Source: Bacteroidales bacterium
GTDB taxonomy: Bacteria > Bacteroidota > Bacteroidia > Bacteroidales > WRLA01
Assembly (NCBI GenBank): GCA_009777825.1
Contig: WRLA01000003.1
Location: forward strand, 4,898-68,897
Direction: 5' to 3'
DNA length: 64,000 bases
In this document: positions 8,918 to 19,587 of the stretch, in pieces
How positions within the stretch are numbered: the stretch's first letter is position 1
Layout: every line of letters begins with the position of its first letter
The notes under the pieces: model-generated
What the model saw: the letters and a program-made list of their open reading frames with translations, nothing else
Told to the model about the DNA's origin: nothing
The model's database searches: none
Translations under genes and position numbers: made by a program

Positions 8918-11900
8918 TCACACTTTCGTTTTCAGCACAATCGTCGTCCCTTTCTCCATTTCGGAAATTACTGTTAATTCGCCTCCTATCTGCGTAGCGC
9001 GGCGTTTCATGTTCGATACGCCGTTGCGCGAGGTGGGGGCGGCGACGTCGAAACCGTTGCCGTCGTCGTGGATGGAGATTTCCAGTTCGGGGGTTTTCAA
9101 GAAAGCGACTGACAGGTTTTTGCAGTCTGAATGTTTGATGGCGTTGTTCACCGCCTCTTTCACGATGAGGAAGATGTTGCGGCGCTCTTCCATGCCCAAC
9201 TTCAGAGCGAAGATGCTCTCGTCGGCGCTCAAGTCGAAAGTGATATCTTTCGTTTCGCACATCGGGATGGCATACTCGCGCAGGCGCACCACCAAACTCG
9301 ACAGGGAGTCGTTCTGCGGATTGACCGACCAGATGATGTCGTCCATCGAGTTGAGAATGTCGCGCGAGTCCACGCCGATTTTACTCAGCGCCTTTACTAA
9401 CTCCGCCTCTTTATCCTGCCGGCTTGCCATTTCGCTGAGCATCGAGATGCTGCTGAGCGTCGAGCCGATGTCGTCGTGCAAGTCGGAGGCGATGCGCGTC
9501 CGTATCCGTTCCATCTTGATAACCTGTCGCAGCCGGTATGTGTAAAAAGCGTAGAGCAGCGCAAAGATAAAAACGACAATGAGCGTATAGAACCAAACCG
9601 TTTGGTAATAGGCGGGTCGGATGCGGAAGGAGAGCGACGTCTCTTCGCCGGCGGCGGCATCGCTCTCCGCCATTGCCGCCCGGACTTTAAAGGTATAGTT
9701 GCCCGGACGCAACGCGGCATACTCCACAAATCCACGTTCCGACAACACGCTCCAATCATTGTCGGCGCCCTCCAATTTATACTGGTATCTGACGTTGTCG
9801 GCGTTTCTGAAGGTGATGGCGGAATATTCAATCGTGATGTTATTTTGCCCGTGCGCGAGGCGAATGTCGCGAGTACGGGCGGAAATGTTCGGATCCGCTA
9901 CGCCGTTTATCAATACATTGGTAATAAGAACGTTGGGCGCACTTTCGGATTTCCCTTTCAGCAGTTGGTTTTGGGTAACAAAAACGCCGTCGTCGGTCAG
10001 GAGATACAACCGGTCGGCGATTTGCAGCGGCGTGGAGGTGATGCCTTCCATTCTTGGGTTCACGTCGAACTTGTGGATGGTTTCCGTGCCGTTGCTATCG
10101 TGTCGGAGGATGCTAATGCCTCTTGGCGTTAAAAACCAGACGCTGCCCTCGTCGTCAAAGGTGATGCCATACACGTTGTTACTGACAAGACCGTCTGCCG
10201 TCGAGTATAACTTATACGAAAGAACGCTGTCAGCGTCAATGGTGAGTTTGTAAACGCCGGTGTATAACGATGAATACCAAAGGTTTCCCTCTTTATCGAA
10301 AGTCATCTCCCGTATCAACGCCGATACGAAAGTGGAGTCGGCGTTACGCGATTTGTAAGTTGTTACGGGGTCGAATAGAATCTTGTTATTATCGGGTCGG
10401 GAGATGGTTCCACGGAAAATCCCAAACGAGTAATCTCCACACCAGTAGTAGCCATACTTGTCGCAAATCATCCGTCGGGGGCTTAGCGAGACTGAGTCGG
10501 CATGGTTAAAGGTAACCGGCAGAAATTGTTGGCTGTAGTAGTTGCACAGTTTTGTCGCGGAGCAGATCCAGACGCCTTCGCTGTCCGTGGCTATCGCATG
10601 TAGCAGCCCCGGCACTTTATACTTGGAATAATCGGCGACTTTTTCGATTTTCCGCATATCGGGCAACGATTTTGAGATGGGCAGCCGGAAGAGTCCCACG
10701 TCGTTGGAGATTAGCACTTCGGAATAGTTAATCTCTAACGACCTTATTCCGGCTATCTCTATGGGAGTTCCGCGCAGGCTGAGCGGTATCAGTTCGTCGT
10801 TCTGATAGAGAAATAAATCGCTTCGCGAGTGCATCCAAATTCGCTGAAACGCATCCGCCGCCAAACTCGATACCCCCGAAAACAGAACGCCGTTGTTAGC
10901 GATGGCGAAATCGTCGAAATCTTTCACCATGCTCACGCCATTGTTGGTGCCAAACCAGAAATTGCCCTCATGGTCTTGTATCGTACAGATTACCGATGAT
11001 GAGGTTAGCCCGTTTTCCTGTGTGAGGTGCAGGGTGATGGCGTCTCCTTTTGTTCTGAAAACGCCGTAAGAGTCGGTGGGAATCCAAAGATGCCGCTCGT
11101 TGTCTAAATAGAGATGATTGATGTAAATATCCTTCAACTGCGGAAACGGTTGCTCAATCGTATAGTCGCTGTCCCAATGGGAGGGCTGGCGCCATGTAAT
11201 CCGGTAATAACCCTGCACGGTGGCAATATGCAACGTCCCTTCATCGTCAAAAAGGAGGTCGCAGATGAATTTATCTTTTAATTCGGAAAAAAACAGCGGT
11301 TCGTATCCCGCCGTGTCGGACAGTTGCATCATGCCCAAGCCCAAACGACCGCCAAACCAGATACGGTTCTCTTTATCAACGTCCAAAGCGCTGAAAAGGG
11401 TCATCGCCTTATCATACGTATATAAATGATTGATCGAATCCTCGTCAATAAGATAGAGCGACCGCCCCGTACATGCCAAAATGCTGTTATCCTGAAAAGA
11501 TTTTACCACCTTGAACATATTTTTCCCCACTTCGACCCGCTCTCCCTCTAAAAACTGCTTAAACCGCCCGTCGTCCTGCTGCACAAACACCCCTTGCATG
11601 TAACTCGCCGGAATGATGGCTCCATCCGGCGTTGTTCCGATGTAAGCGACTAATGCGGCGTTGTCGTAAATCTCCGGTACGGCTTTGTGATAGAATGTTT
11701 TACCGTCGAAACGGCTCAACCCTACGGAGGACGCTATCCAGATATATCCGTCTCCGTCTTGCGCCATGGCGTATGTGTCATTAGCAGGTAATCCGTTCTG
11801 TGTGGTGTAGTGCTTAAAGAGATAACACTTGCCGGACGAGGTCTCCGACGTTTGCGCCAAACCGACGTAACTCCCTGCAACTAACAGCAGAATACATGCG

Positions 11901-11920
11901 AGTTTAAATGATGGTTTCAT
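8918..11920 (-). CDS. Sensor histidine kinase: beta-propeller + Y_Y_Y + HisKA_3/HATPase
   Basis: GLxxNxV propeller repeats, YQYKLEGAD, RIASDLHDDIGSTL, EAVNNAIKHS, DDGNGF. Confidence 0.92.
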   Translation of the reverse strand: MKPSFKLACILLLVAGSYVGLAQTSETSSGKCYLFKHYTTQNGLPANDTYAMAQDGDGYIWIASSVGLSRFDGKTFYHKAVPEIYDNAALVAYIGTTPDGAIIPASYMQGVFVQQDDGRFKQFLEGERVEVGKNMFKVVKSFQDNSILACTGRSLYLIDEDSINHLYTYDKAMTLFSALDVDKENRIWFGGRLGLGMMQLSDTAGYEPLFFSELKDKFICDLLFDDEGTLHIATVQGYYRITWRQPSHWDSDYTIEQPFPQLKDIYINHLYLDNERHLWIPTDSYGVFRTKGDAITLHLTQENGLTSSSVICTIQDHEGNFWFGTNNGVSMVKDFDDFAIANNGVLFSGVSSLAADAFQRIWMHSRSDLFLYQNDELIPLSLRGTPIEIAGIRSLEINYSEVLISNDVGLFRLPISKSLPDMRKIEKVADYSKYKVPGLLHAIATDSEGVWICSATKLCNYYSQQFLPVTFNHADSVSLSPRRMICDKYGYYWCGDYSFGIFRGTISRPDNNKILFDPVTTYKSRNADSTFVSALIREMTFDKEGNLWYSSLYTGVYKLTIDADSVLSYKLYSTADGLVSNNVYGITFDDEGSVWFLTPRGISILRHDSNGTETIHKFDVNPRMEGITSTPLQIADRLYLLTDDGVFVTQNQLLKGKSESAPNVLITNVLINGVADPNISARTRDIRLAHGQNNITIEYSAITFRNADNVRYQYKLEGADNDWSVLSERGFVEYAALRPGNYTFKVRAAMAESDAAAGEETSLSFRIRPAYYQTVWFYTLIVVFIFALLYAFYTYRLRQVIKMERIRTRIASDLHDDIGSTLSSISMLSEMASRQDKEAELVKALSKIGVDSRDILNSMDDIIWSVNPQNDSLSSLVVRLREYAIPMCETKDITFDLSADESIFALKLGMEERRNIFLIVKEAVNNAIKHSDCKNLSVAFLKTPELEISIHDDGNGFDVAAPTSRNGVSNMKRRATQIGGELTVISEMEKGTTIVLKTKV

Positions 11921-11946
11921 ATTGTAATTTTTTTTGCAAAAACAGA

Positions 11947-12525
11947 TTATATCTTCTTCTTCACCGTGATATACCCCGTCGAGACATTTCGTCCGCCTAC
12001 CGACACCGTCGGTTTGATGCGGATGGAGATGGTGGACGAACCTTCACCCGCCCGTAACAGATTGTTAGCCAAGCCAATGATGTTGTCGTTGGTCTCGCCC
12101 TTTTTGACGAATTTCATGACGTCTATTTGAAAGTTAAACGGGATGACGGTCTGTCCGCCATTAGCGGGGACGCTGATTTTCTGGTTGACGTTTCCGGTGA
12201 GGATGTTGCTGTTGTTCAAGTCAATAGCCCATTCCAACTTTTCGACTTGCGCCGTGCTTGTGTTGGGATTGGTGGCTTTCACGTTGACGGTGGCGTTCAA
12301 AGGGAGTTTGCCCGACAGGATGGCGGTGGTTACTTTCAGCAACGACGTGGTGCTAAGGCTTTTAACGTCTTGTAAGCCAGCCATGCTGACGCCGGCAACG
12401 GCGGTGTTGCTTAGATTTACAAGTTCGTAGTTGCAATTTACAAACGAGGTTAGTTGTGACAGTGTGTTGCAGGAAAAAAAGGAGAGAAACAACACGGAAA
12501 GGAGGATTAATACTTTGGTTTTCAT
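11947..12525 (-). CDS. LEA type 2-like lipoprotein
   Basis: Lipobox FFSC; NPN motif, beta-rich. Confidence 0.7.
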   Translation of the reverse strand: MKTKVLILLSVLFLSFFSCNTLSQLTSFVNCNYELVNLSNTAVAGVSMAGLQDVKSLSTTSLLKVTTAILSGKLPLNATVNVKATNPNTSTAQVEKLEWAIDLNNSNILTGNVNQKISVPANGGQTVIPFNFQIDVMKFVKKGETNDNIIGLANNLLRAGEGSSTISIRIKPTVSVGGRNVSTGYITVKKKI

Positions 12526-12549
12526 TACGATATATTTTAAATGTTAATA

Positions 12550-15500
12550 TTACGATTTCAACGCTTTTATCTGCTCTTCGATGACGAGGATACGGGCTTC
12601 GGCGTCGGTCTTTTTCTTGCGCTCGCTTTCTAAGACTTTTTCGGGGGCGTTGTTGACAAAACGTTCATTATTAAGTTTTTGCATAACGCTTGTTAAGAAA
12701 CCTTTGGTGTATTCCAACTCTTTGGTCAACTTTTCTATCTCTTCCGCTTTGTTGACGCTTTTGCTGATGGGGATAAAAAATTCGGTCGAACGGACGATGA
12801 ACGGAATACAGTTTTCGGGTTTGGTATCCAAGTATTCTATCTTGCTGATATTGCACAGTTTAGCGATGACGCTGTCGAAAGGCGATGGTTGCGTTTCGTT
12901 GCTCTTTTTGATAAACAGTTCTATCGCTTCTTTGTTGAGAATGTTGCGTTGGGCGCGTTGGGTGCGGATGGCAACGATGACCTCTGTGACATAATCGAAC
13001 TTTCTAAGTATCTCATTGTCAAAAGACTCCACAGCGGGCATGTCCGATACCATGATACTTTCGCCCTCTTTGCGTTGGCGGAGCCATTGCCAGATCTCTT
13101 CCGTGAGAAACGGCATAAACGGGTGCAGGAGGCGCATCAGACGGTCGAAAAAGTCTGTCGTCGCTTCCAACGTCTGCACGTCTATCGGCTGTTGATACGC
13201 CGGTTTTATGATTTCCAAATACCACGAGCAGAAATCGTCCCAAATCAGTTTGTAAATGGTCATGAGCGCATCCGAGATACGGAATTTCTCAAAATGGTCG
13301 TTGACCTCGGCGATGGCGGAGTGCAACCTGTTGCCAAACCACAGTATCGCCGTTTTGGAACTCTCCGGCTGCGCTGTCCGGGCGTCGCTCTCCCATCCTT
13401 TTACCAAACGGAAGGCGTTCCATATTTTGTTACAGAAGTTGCGCCCCTGTTCCACTTGCGATTCGTCGAAGAGGATGTCGTTGCCGGCAGCCGAGCAGAG
13501 CAACATGCCCATACGGACGCCGTCGGCGCTGTATTGGTTCATCAACACAATCGGGTCAGGGGAGTTGCCCAGCGACTTGGACATCTTCCGTCCCAACTTA
13601 TCACGGACGATGCCGGTGAAATAGACATTGCGGAAGCAGCGTTGATTGCGGTATTCGTAACCCGCCATGATCATACGCGCCACCCAGAAAAAGATGATTT
13701 CGGGCGCCGTGACCAAGTCGTTGGTCGGGTAATAATATTTAATCTCGTCGTTGTCGGGATTGTTGATGCCGTCAAAAACGGAGAGGGGCCACAGCCAACT
13801 CGAAAACCATGTATCCAAGCAGTCGTCATCCTGACGGAGGTCTTGCAACCGAAGGGCAGGATTACCGCTTTTTTCTCTTGCCGCTGCCAATGCTTTCTCC
13901 GGCGTCTCGGCTACCACATAGCCGCCTTCGGGAAGATAATACGCCGGAATACGATGCCCCCACCACAACTGACGCGAAATACACCAGTCTTTGATGTTTT
14001 CCATCCAGTGGCGGTAGGTGTTTTTGAACTTTGCGGGATGAAACATGACGTCGTCTTCCATAACGGCGTCAAAAGCCGGTTTCGCCATCTCTCCCATCTT
14101 CAAAAACCACTGCATAGACAACTTCGGCTCGATAGGAACATCCGTCCGCTCGGAAAAACCCACGTTGTTGACGTATGGCTCGACTTTCTCCATCAGACCG
14201 GCGGCAATCAAGTCCTGCTCGATTTGCTTGCGTACTTCAAACCTGTCCATCCCTTCGTACTGCAAACCGTGCTTGTTGAGCGTGCCATCATCATTGAAGA
14301 TGTCAATGGATTCGAGATTGTATTTCTCGCCCAACATGTAGTCGTTCACATCGTGCGCCGGCGTTACTTTCAGACAGCCCGTACCAAACTCCATGTCCAC
14401 ATACTCATCTTCAATAATCGGAACTTCGCGATTGGCAATCGGGACAATCACCCGTTTGCCTTTCAGATGAGCAGTTTTAGGGTCATTGGGATTGATGCAA
14501 ACGGCGGTGTCACCCAATATTGTCTCGGGACGGGTGGTGGCAACAATAACAGCCCCCCCAAGCCCCCCCGAAGGGGGGGATGTGCGGAGCCATCCTCGCT
14601 CTGCATTATCAGATTTTTCTAAAATTTGTTCATTATTGAGAGCATTTGCTGTCAAATATCCATGTTCATCGTGTGTGTTCCTCACACCCCCCCTTTCGGG
14701 GGGGCTTGGGGGGGCTGCTAACCTTTCTTTAATCCGCCCTAACACCTCATCCGGATTTTCCAAAACCTCTTCATTTGTAAACCGTACAACGCTATACCCG
14801 TGGCTTTCAAGATATTCTGTTCTGATTTTGTCTGCTTTTTGAATTTCAGGGTCATTGTGATAGCCGCCGTCCACTTCAATAACCAACTTGTGACGAAGTG
14901 AAACAAAATCAACTATAACATCGCCAATAATATGTTGCCGTCTAAATTTTTCATCCAGATTTTTTCCACGCAACATTTCCCAAAGCGCACTTTCTGCCAC
15001 CGTCGAAAACTTACGCATATTTTGCGCATGTTCTTTCAGCAATCCATAATTGATAGCATTTGCTGTTAAATATCCATATCCATCGTGTGTGTTTCTCACA
15101 CCCCCCCCTTCGGGGGGGCTTGGGGGGGCTATGTTATACCGCAAGTAATACAACTTCCCCTGTTGTTCCTTATAGTTCACCTCTTCGTCGGAGAGGGCGG
15201 TTTTTGCTGCGGGGTCCCAGTTGACCATGCGCACGCCGCGATAGACCAACCCTTTCTTGTAAAGGTCAACAAAGGCTTTGATAACGCTTTCGGAACGGGC
15301 GTCGTCCATGGTAAAGCAGGTGCGTTCCCAGTCGCACGACGCTCCCAACTTTTTCAACTGTTCGAGGATGATGCCGCCGTGTTTGTGTGTCCAGTCCCAG
15401 GCGTGTTCCAAAAACTGTTCGCGGGTGAGGTCGGACTTTTTTACTCCTTCCTGTGCCAATTTGGCGACCACTCTGGCTTCGGTGGCAATGGAGGCGTGGT

Positions 15501-15741
15501 CGGTGCCGGGGACCCAGCAGGCGTTTTTGCCTGTCATGCGGGCGCGTCGCACCAATACATCCTGAATGGTGTTGTTTAGCATGTGTCCCATGTGCAGGAC
15601 GCCGGTTACGTTGGGCGGCGGAATGACGATAGTGTAAGGCTCGCGACCATCGGGAACAGAACGGAAAAAACCGTGCTTCATCCAATAGTCATACCATTTA
15701 TTCTCAACCTGTTCGGGTGCGTATTTTGAAGGAATGTCCAT
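12550..15741 (-). CDS. valS: Valine--tRNA ligase with ~193-aa in-frame insertion
   Basis: [38 protein letters not shown]-terminal coiled coil. Confidence 0.98.
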   Translation of the reverse strand: MDIPSKYAPEQVENKWYDYWMKHGFFRSVPDGREPYTIVIPPPNVTGVLHMGHMLNNTIQDVLVRRARMTGKNACWVPGTDHASIATEARVVAKLAQEGVKKSDLTREQFLEHAWDWTHKHGGIILEQLKKLGASCDWERTCFTMDDARSESVIKAFVDLYKKGLVYRGVRMVNWDPAAKTALSDEEVNYKEQQGKLYYLRYNIAPPSPPEGGGVRNTHDGYGYLTANAINYGLLKEHAQNMRKFSTVAESALWEMLRGKNLDEKFRRQHIIGDVIVDFVSLRHKLVIEVDGGYHNDPEIQKADKIRTEYLESHGYSVVRFTNEEVLENPDEVLGRIKERLAAPPSPPERGGVRNTHDEHGYLTANALNNEQILEKSDNAERGWLRTSPPSGGLGGAVIVATTRPETILGDTAVCINPNDPKTAHLKGKRVIVPIANREVPIIEDEYVDMEFGTGCLKVTPAHDVNDYMLGEKYNLESIDIFNDDGTLNKHGLQYEGMDRFEVRKQIEQDLIAAGLMEKVEPYVNNVGFSERTDVPIEPKLSMQWFLKMGEMAKPAFDAVMEDDVMFHPAKFKNTYRHWMENIKDWCISRQLWWGHRIPAYYLPEGGYVVAETPEKALAAAREKSGNPALRLQDLRQDDDCLDTWFSSWLWPLSVFDGINNPDNDEIKYYYPTNDLVTAPEIIFFWVARMIMAGYEYRNQRCFRNVYFTGIVRDKLGRKMSKSLGNSPDPIVLMNQYSADGVRMGMLLCSAAGNDILFDESQVEQGRNFCNKIWNAFRLVKGWESDARTAQPESSKTAILWFGNRLHSAIAEVNDHFEKFRISDALMTIYKLIWDDFCSWYLEIIKPAYQQPIDVQTLEATTDFFDRLMRLLHPFMPFLTEEIWQWLRQRKEGESIMVSDMPAVESFDNEILRKFDYVTEVIVAIRTQRAQRNILNKEAIELFIKKSNETQPSPFDSVIAKLCNISKIEYLDTKPENCIPFIVRSTEFFIPISKSVNKAEEIEKLTKELEYTKGFLTSVMQKLNNERFVNNAPEKVLESERKKKTDAEARILVIEEQIKALKS
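14551..15130 (-). mobile_element. DUF559 (Vsr-like) endonuclease element with 29-bp perfect inverted repeats, in frame in valS
   Basis: AGCCCCCCCAAGCCCCCCCGAAGGGGGGG at both ends, inverted; [46 protein letters not shown]. Confidence 0.88.
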
Positions 15742-15743
15742 CT

Positions 15744-16928
15744 TTAATGAGATTTAATTTTAGGGGTGCAAAGGTACGTTTTTTTTATCAGTTCCATCAG
15801 CCTTTCCACCGCCTCCTCCTGCGGGATATTTTTCACGACGGCTTGGTCTCCTTTAAACAACGTTACCGTTCCTTTTCCCGATCCGACGTATCCGTAGTCG
15901 GCGCCTGCCATCTCGCCGGGACCGTTGACGATACATCCCATCACGGCGATGGTGATGCCTTTGAGGTGTCGGGTCTTTTCGCGTATTTCCGCTACGGCGC
16001 CGATAATGTCGAACTGCGTCCGTCCGCATGAGGGACAGGATATCAGTTCCGCGTGGCTGAAGCGTGCGCGGGCGGCTTGCAGGATGGAAAAACCCGGGGC
16101 AATTTCGTTCTCCGGCGTTTCCGTCAGCGAGACGCGGATGGTGTCGCCGATGCCGTCCATCAGGAGCGTTCCTATGCCGACAGCCGATTTTATCCGTCCG
16201 TCCTCGCCGGCGCCGGCTTCGGTAACGCCGAGGTGCAGGGGGTAATCGAATCCTTCTTCCGCCATCCGCTGTACCAACAATCTCGTTGCAAAGACCATCG
16301 TGCGGGTGTTGCTCGACTTCATGGAAAGCACCAAGTTGTGGAAATCCAGATCCGCGCAGATGCGCACAAACTCCATCGCCGCCTCGACCATGCCTTCGGG
16401 GGTGTCGCCGTAACGACTCACGATGCGCTCCGACAGCGAACCTTGATTGCTGCCGATGCGAAGCGCCGTCCCATGTTGTTGGCACACGTGGATGAGCGGC
16501 GTGATGTTTTCACGTATTCGTTCTATTGCCCGACTGTATTCGGCTGGTGAAAAACGGACTTTTCCGATGTTTTTGTCGGTATAGTTGCCCGGATTGATGC
16601 GTATCTTGTCCGCGATGCGGGCGGCGGCTATAGCGACGTCGGCGTTGAAATGCACGTCGGCGATGAGGGGCGTTTTGAATCCGTCTTGACGCAGTTTTTC
16701 CTTAATCAGCGCCAGACATTCAACCGATTTCATGTTTGGCGTGGTGATGCGGACGTATTCGCATCCCGCCTCTATCATCCGGATGGATTGTCGAACCGTA
16801 GCCGCTACGTCCATCGTATCCGTGTTGGTCATGGATTGGATGCGGATGGGATTGTCTCCACCCAAAGGAACGTCGCCGATGTAAACCTCGCGGGAAGGGC
16901 GTCTTGAATATTGAAAAGGAGTATTCAT
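15744..16928 (-). CDS. ispG: 4-hydroxy-3-methylbut-2-en-1-yl diphosphate synthase (short form)
   Basis: [55 protein letters not shown]. Confidence 0.95.
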   Translation of the reverse strand: MNTPFQYSRRPSREVYIGDVPLGGDNPIRIQSMTNTDTMDVAATVRQSIRMIEAGCEYVRITTPNMKSVECLALIKEKLRQDGFKTPLIADVHFNADVAIAAARIADKIRINPGNYTDKNIGKVRFSPAEYSRAIERIRENITPLIHVCQQHGTALRIGSNQGSLSERIVSRYGDTPEGMVEAAMEFVRICADLDFHNLVLSMKSSNTRTMVFATRLLVQRMAEEGFDYPLHLGVTEAGAGEDGRIKSAVGIGTLLMDGIGDTIRVSLTETPENEIAPGFSILQAARARFSHAELISCPSCGRTQFDIIGAVAEIREKTRHLKGITIAVMGCIVNGPGEMAGADYGYVGSGKGTVTLFKGDQAVVKNIPQEEAVERLMELIKKTYLCTPKIKSH

Positions 16929-17062
16929 CTTTTTTAATAATTTGGCAATGCAAAGGTAAATCATTTTTTGTAATTACTCGGAAATTTCAACTTTTTTGAG
17001 TACTTGACATTGTTGTTTTAAAAATAACGTGTATCTTTGCGCACGAAAAACCATATTTATTT

Positions 17063-17320
17063 ATGGCAGAAATATCACGATTTTATGGTATAATCATTGC
17101 GATGTTTGGCAATGAACATAATCCACCACATTTTCATATAAAATATGGTCATTACAAAGCCATATATACGATAAAGAATGGTGTAATAAAAGGAGAAGTT
17201 CCAATAAGTGTTATAAAAAAAGTAATTGAATGGGTGGAAATTCACCAAGATGAATTATATCAAAATTGGGAACTGTTAAAAAATGGAAAAGATACAAATA
17301 AAATAAAACCTTTAAAATAA
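17063..17320 (+). CDS. DUF4160 protein (putative TA component)
   Basis: ISRFYGIIIAMF..EHNPPHFH..W..IKPL. Confidence 0.88.
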   Translation: MAEISRFYGIIIAMFGNEHNPPHFHIKYGHYKAIYTIKNGVIKGEVPISVIKKVIEWVEIHQDELYQNWELLKNGKDTNKIKPLK

Positions 17321-17325
17321 TTTTT

Positions 17326-17568
17326 ATGAACGATATAGATTTATTAAGAGTAGTTGATGTAGAATATATTAAAGATTTTACAATGCGGTTAGAGTTTAGT
17401 GATGGGGAAATAAAAACAATAGACTTTTTGCCGTTATTAAAAGGTAAGATGTATGAACCATTAAAAAGCAGGGAAAATTTTATTCAATTTGGATTAACAG
17501 ATTGGACTTTAGAATGGTACAATGGTGTAGATTTTGCACCTGAATACCTTTATGAAGTTGGAATTTAA
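17326..17568 (+). CDS. DUF2442 protein (putative TA component)
   Basis: V.YIKDF.MRLEFSDGE..W.NGVDFAPEYLY. Confidence 0.88.
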   Translation: MNDIDLLRVVDVEYIKDFTMRLEFSDGEIKTIDFLPLLKGKMYEPLKSRENFIQFGLTDWTLEWYNGVDFAPEYLYEVGI

Positions 17569-17588
17569 AAGACAAGAAGGCGTCTGCT

Positions 17589-18857
17589 TTACAACAGCGA
17601 CAGCCTGTTAGCATCCTGTTTGATAAAGATAAACAGCAGGATGGTGAAACCCAGCAACGACGACCCGCCGTAACTGAAAAACGGCAACGGGATGCCGATG
17701 ACCGGAAGCAGTCCGAGCACCATTCCGATGTTGACGGTGATATGAAAAGCCAGAATGGACGCCACGCAATAGCCATATATCCGGGCAAAGGCGGAGCGCT
17801 GTCGCTCGGCGTTGCGGATGATGCGTAGAATCAGGAAAGCGAAGCATCCGACGACTAAGAAACTTCCGACAAATCCATACTCTTCGCCTACGGTGCAGAA
17901 GATAAAGTCGGTATTTTGTTCGGGGACGAAGTTGTATTTTGTCTGTGTGCCTTGCAGGAAGCCCTTTCCGCTGACGCCGCCCGAACCGATGGCAATCAAC
18001 GATTGATTCACGTTATAGCCGGCTTTTTTCAGGTCGGTTTCGATACCCAGCAGCACGTTGATACGGGTTTGCTGGTAGTCGCTCAGAAAGGTTGTGAACG
18101 CCTTATGCGCAACAAAGACAAATCCCGCACAGAACGCCGCCGTCAGGATGGTATTTCTGATGCTTTTCCATCGGTGCGACGAGAAAAAGAACCACCAAAG
18201 CAGTGCGACGGAAGATATGACGATGATGGTTATCTTCTCGCCCAACAGCAACGTAAGGACAAAAAGCACGACGGCGATAATCGGAAACAGTATCAGCCGT
18301 CCATCCATCCCTTCGCGGTACATGGCGATAAAAAGCGCAAAGTAAACCAATGCCGTTCCTGTGTCATTTTGCAGGATGATGAGTCCGACGGGCAGCAGGA
18401 GGATAAGGATGGAAACTATCAGCGTATCCATCTTTTTCGGTGCAAAAGAGTGGGTGGAGAGGTATTTAGCCAAAGCCAGCGCCGTCGCCCATTTGAACAG
18501 TTCTCCCGGCTGCATCGAAAATTGACCGATTTTTATCCATGCGTTAGCGCCCTTTATATCACTTCCGAACGGAAAGACGCTTAACAAAGCGAGTATCGCC
18601 AGAATATAAAACACCCACGCAAAAGAGGTGAACAGTTTGGCGTCTAATAACAGAATGACAAAAGCGGTAACAACGGCAATGAGAATGAAGATCGCCTGTT
18701 TCCCGTAGTCGCAGTCGAGGCTTAAGATAGAGCGATGCGTCTCGTCGTAAACGGCGGCATAGATGGAGATCCATCCGGCAAACACCATCAGCAGATAGAG
18801 GATGATCAACATCCAGTCCACGTTGGCAAAAAAACTCTTTTGTTCTCTTTCTCTCAT
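17589..18857 (-). CDS. rodA: Rod shape-determining protein RodA
   Basis: SEDS family: QPGE, QNDTGT, GYNVNQSLIAIGSGG, PEQNTDFIF, PFFSYGGSS. Confidence 0.95.
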   Translation of the reverse strand: MREREQKSFFANVDWMLIILYLLMVFAGWISIYAAVYDETHRSILSLDCDYGKQAIFILIAVVTAFVILLLDAKLFTSFAWVFYILAILALLSVFPFGSDIKGANAWIKIGQFSMQPGELFKWATALALAKYLSTHSFAPKKMDTLIVSILILLLPVGLIILQNDTGTALVYFALFIAMYREGMDGRLILFPIIAVVLFVLTLLLGEKITIIVISSVALLWWFFFSSHRWKSIRNTILTAAFCAGFVFVAHKAFTTFLSDYQQTRINVLLGIETDLKKAGYNVNQSLIAIGSGGVSGKGFLQGTQTKYNFVPEQNTDFIFCTVGEEYGFVGSFLVVGCFAFLILRIIRNAERQRSAFARIYGYCVASILAFHITVNIGMVLGLLPVIGIPLPFFSYGGSSLLGFTILLFIFIKQDANRLSLL

Positions 18858-19027
18858 AAAGCATATTGCAGAAATGACTGTTTCATTTCGTTTATTTGAC
18901 GTGTCTGTTCGGCTTTACGGTCTTTACACGCTGCTATAAAAGCCAACATTGCCAAATGGTCTTCTTTCGTAATCTCATGAGGTTCTATTACAAAATCTAC
19001 GCCTTCCGGTTCTCTAATCATTCCCAT
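18854..19027 (-). CDS. 57-aa hypothetical protein (not in ORF track)
   Basis: MGMIREPEGVDFVIEPHEITKEDHLAMLAFIAACK...; stop overlaps the rodA start (ATGA). Confidence 0.65.
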   Translation of the reverse strand: MGMIREPEGVDFVIEPHEITKEDHLAMLAFIAACKDRKAEQTRQINEMKQSFLQYAL

Positions 19028-19029
19028 AA

Positions 19030-19548
19030 TTATTCGATTTTATCGTTAAAATATCTTTTTATCAACTCTAATGACTGTTTTTCTCCGATTGCCATGCGTT
19101 GCCCGCCTATCGGTACCGCGCCCAATGTTTTTGCATAATGCCCCATCAAAACGGTTTTGGCAGTAAATGCTACAAATCCGGCAAAACCAAGTTCAAAAGA
19201 ACGTTTACAAGCAAATGCCACCAAATTGCCGGCTACGCCATAGTGTATTTTATTTTTGCCATAGTTAAACGGAGCGCTTTCTATCAAATGCATTTCTATA
19301 TAACCCTGCTCTTGAGCAATGCTTATCAAGCCTTGTATTACAGTAGGATTCCACAAGATTGTCAACTTAAAAACATTTCTGTTGGATTGCAAATACTCCT
19401 TTTTCCAATCAAATTTCCATCCGTTCTTTTGGGTTAGATGTACCAAATCCGGTTTGGAAAGCGGTAATATTTCCGTAGGGAAACTATCGCCGGTTACCAC
19501 ATTTTCTATCGAACGTGTCAGTTTGTCTATTTCAATGTCAATATACAT
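19030..19548 (-). CDS. Hypothetical protein, GNAT-fold-like
   Basis: IEIDKLTRSIEN, IQGLIS, HLIESAPFN..GVAGNLVAFACKRSF..GFVAFTAKT.L..HY. Confidence 0.7.
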   Translation of the reverse strand: MYIDIEIDKLTRSIENVVTGDSFPTEILPLSKPDLVHLTQKNGWKFDWKKEYLQSNRNVFKLTILWNPTVIQGLISIAQEQGYIEMHLIESAPFNYGKNKIHYGVAGNLVAFACKRSFELGFAGFVAFTAKTVLMGHYAKTLGAVPIGGQRMAIGEKQSLELIKRYFNDKIE

Positions 19549-19587
19549 TTTCTTTCGCTTATAATCAGAGTGCAAATGTACAAAATT

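Noticed and set aside
12889-14622. 577-aa plus-strand ORF and similar long antisense ORFs (2236-3066, 3787-4605, 23608-24657)
   Set aside because: Antisense shadows of well-supported genes caused by codon bias; no recognisable motifs.
14551-15130. Intein in valS
   Set aside because: No Cys/Ser start, His-Asn end or HINT motifs; ends are nucleotide inverted repeats.
15765-15790. Recurrent GCAAAGGTAC motif as a novel repeat
   Set aside because: It is the reverse complement of the known Bacteroidetes TAnnTTTG -7 promoter element.
17063-17568. DUF4160-DUF2442 pair as a novel system
   Set aside because: Widespread, already recognised putative toxin-antitoxin pair.
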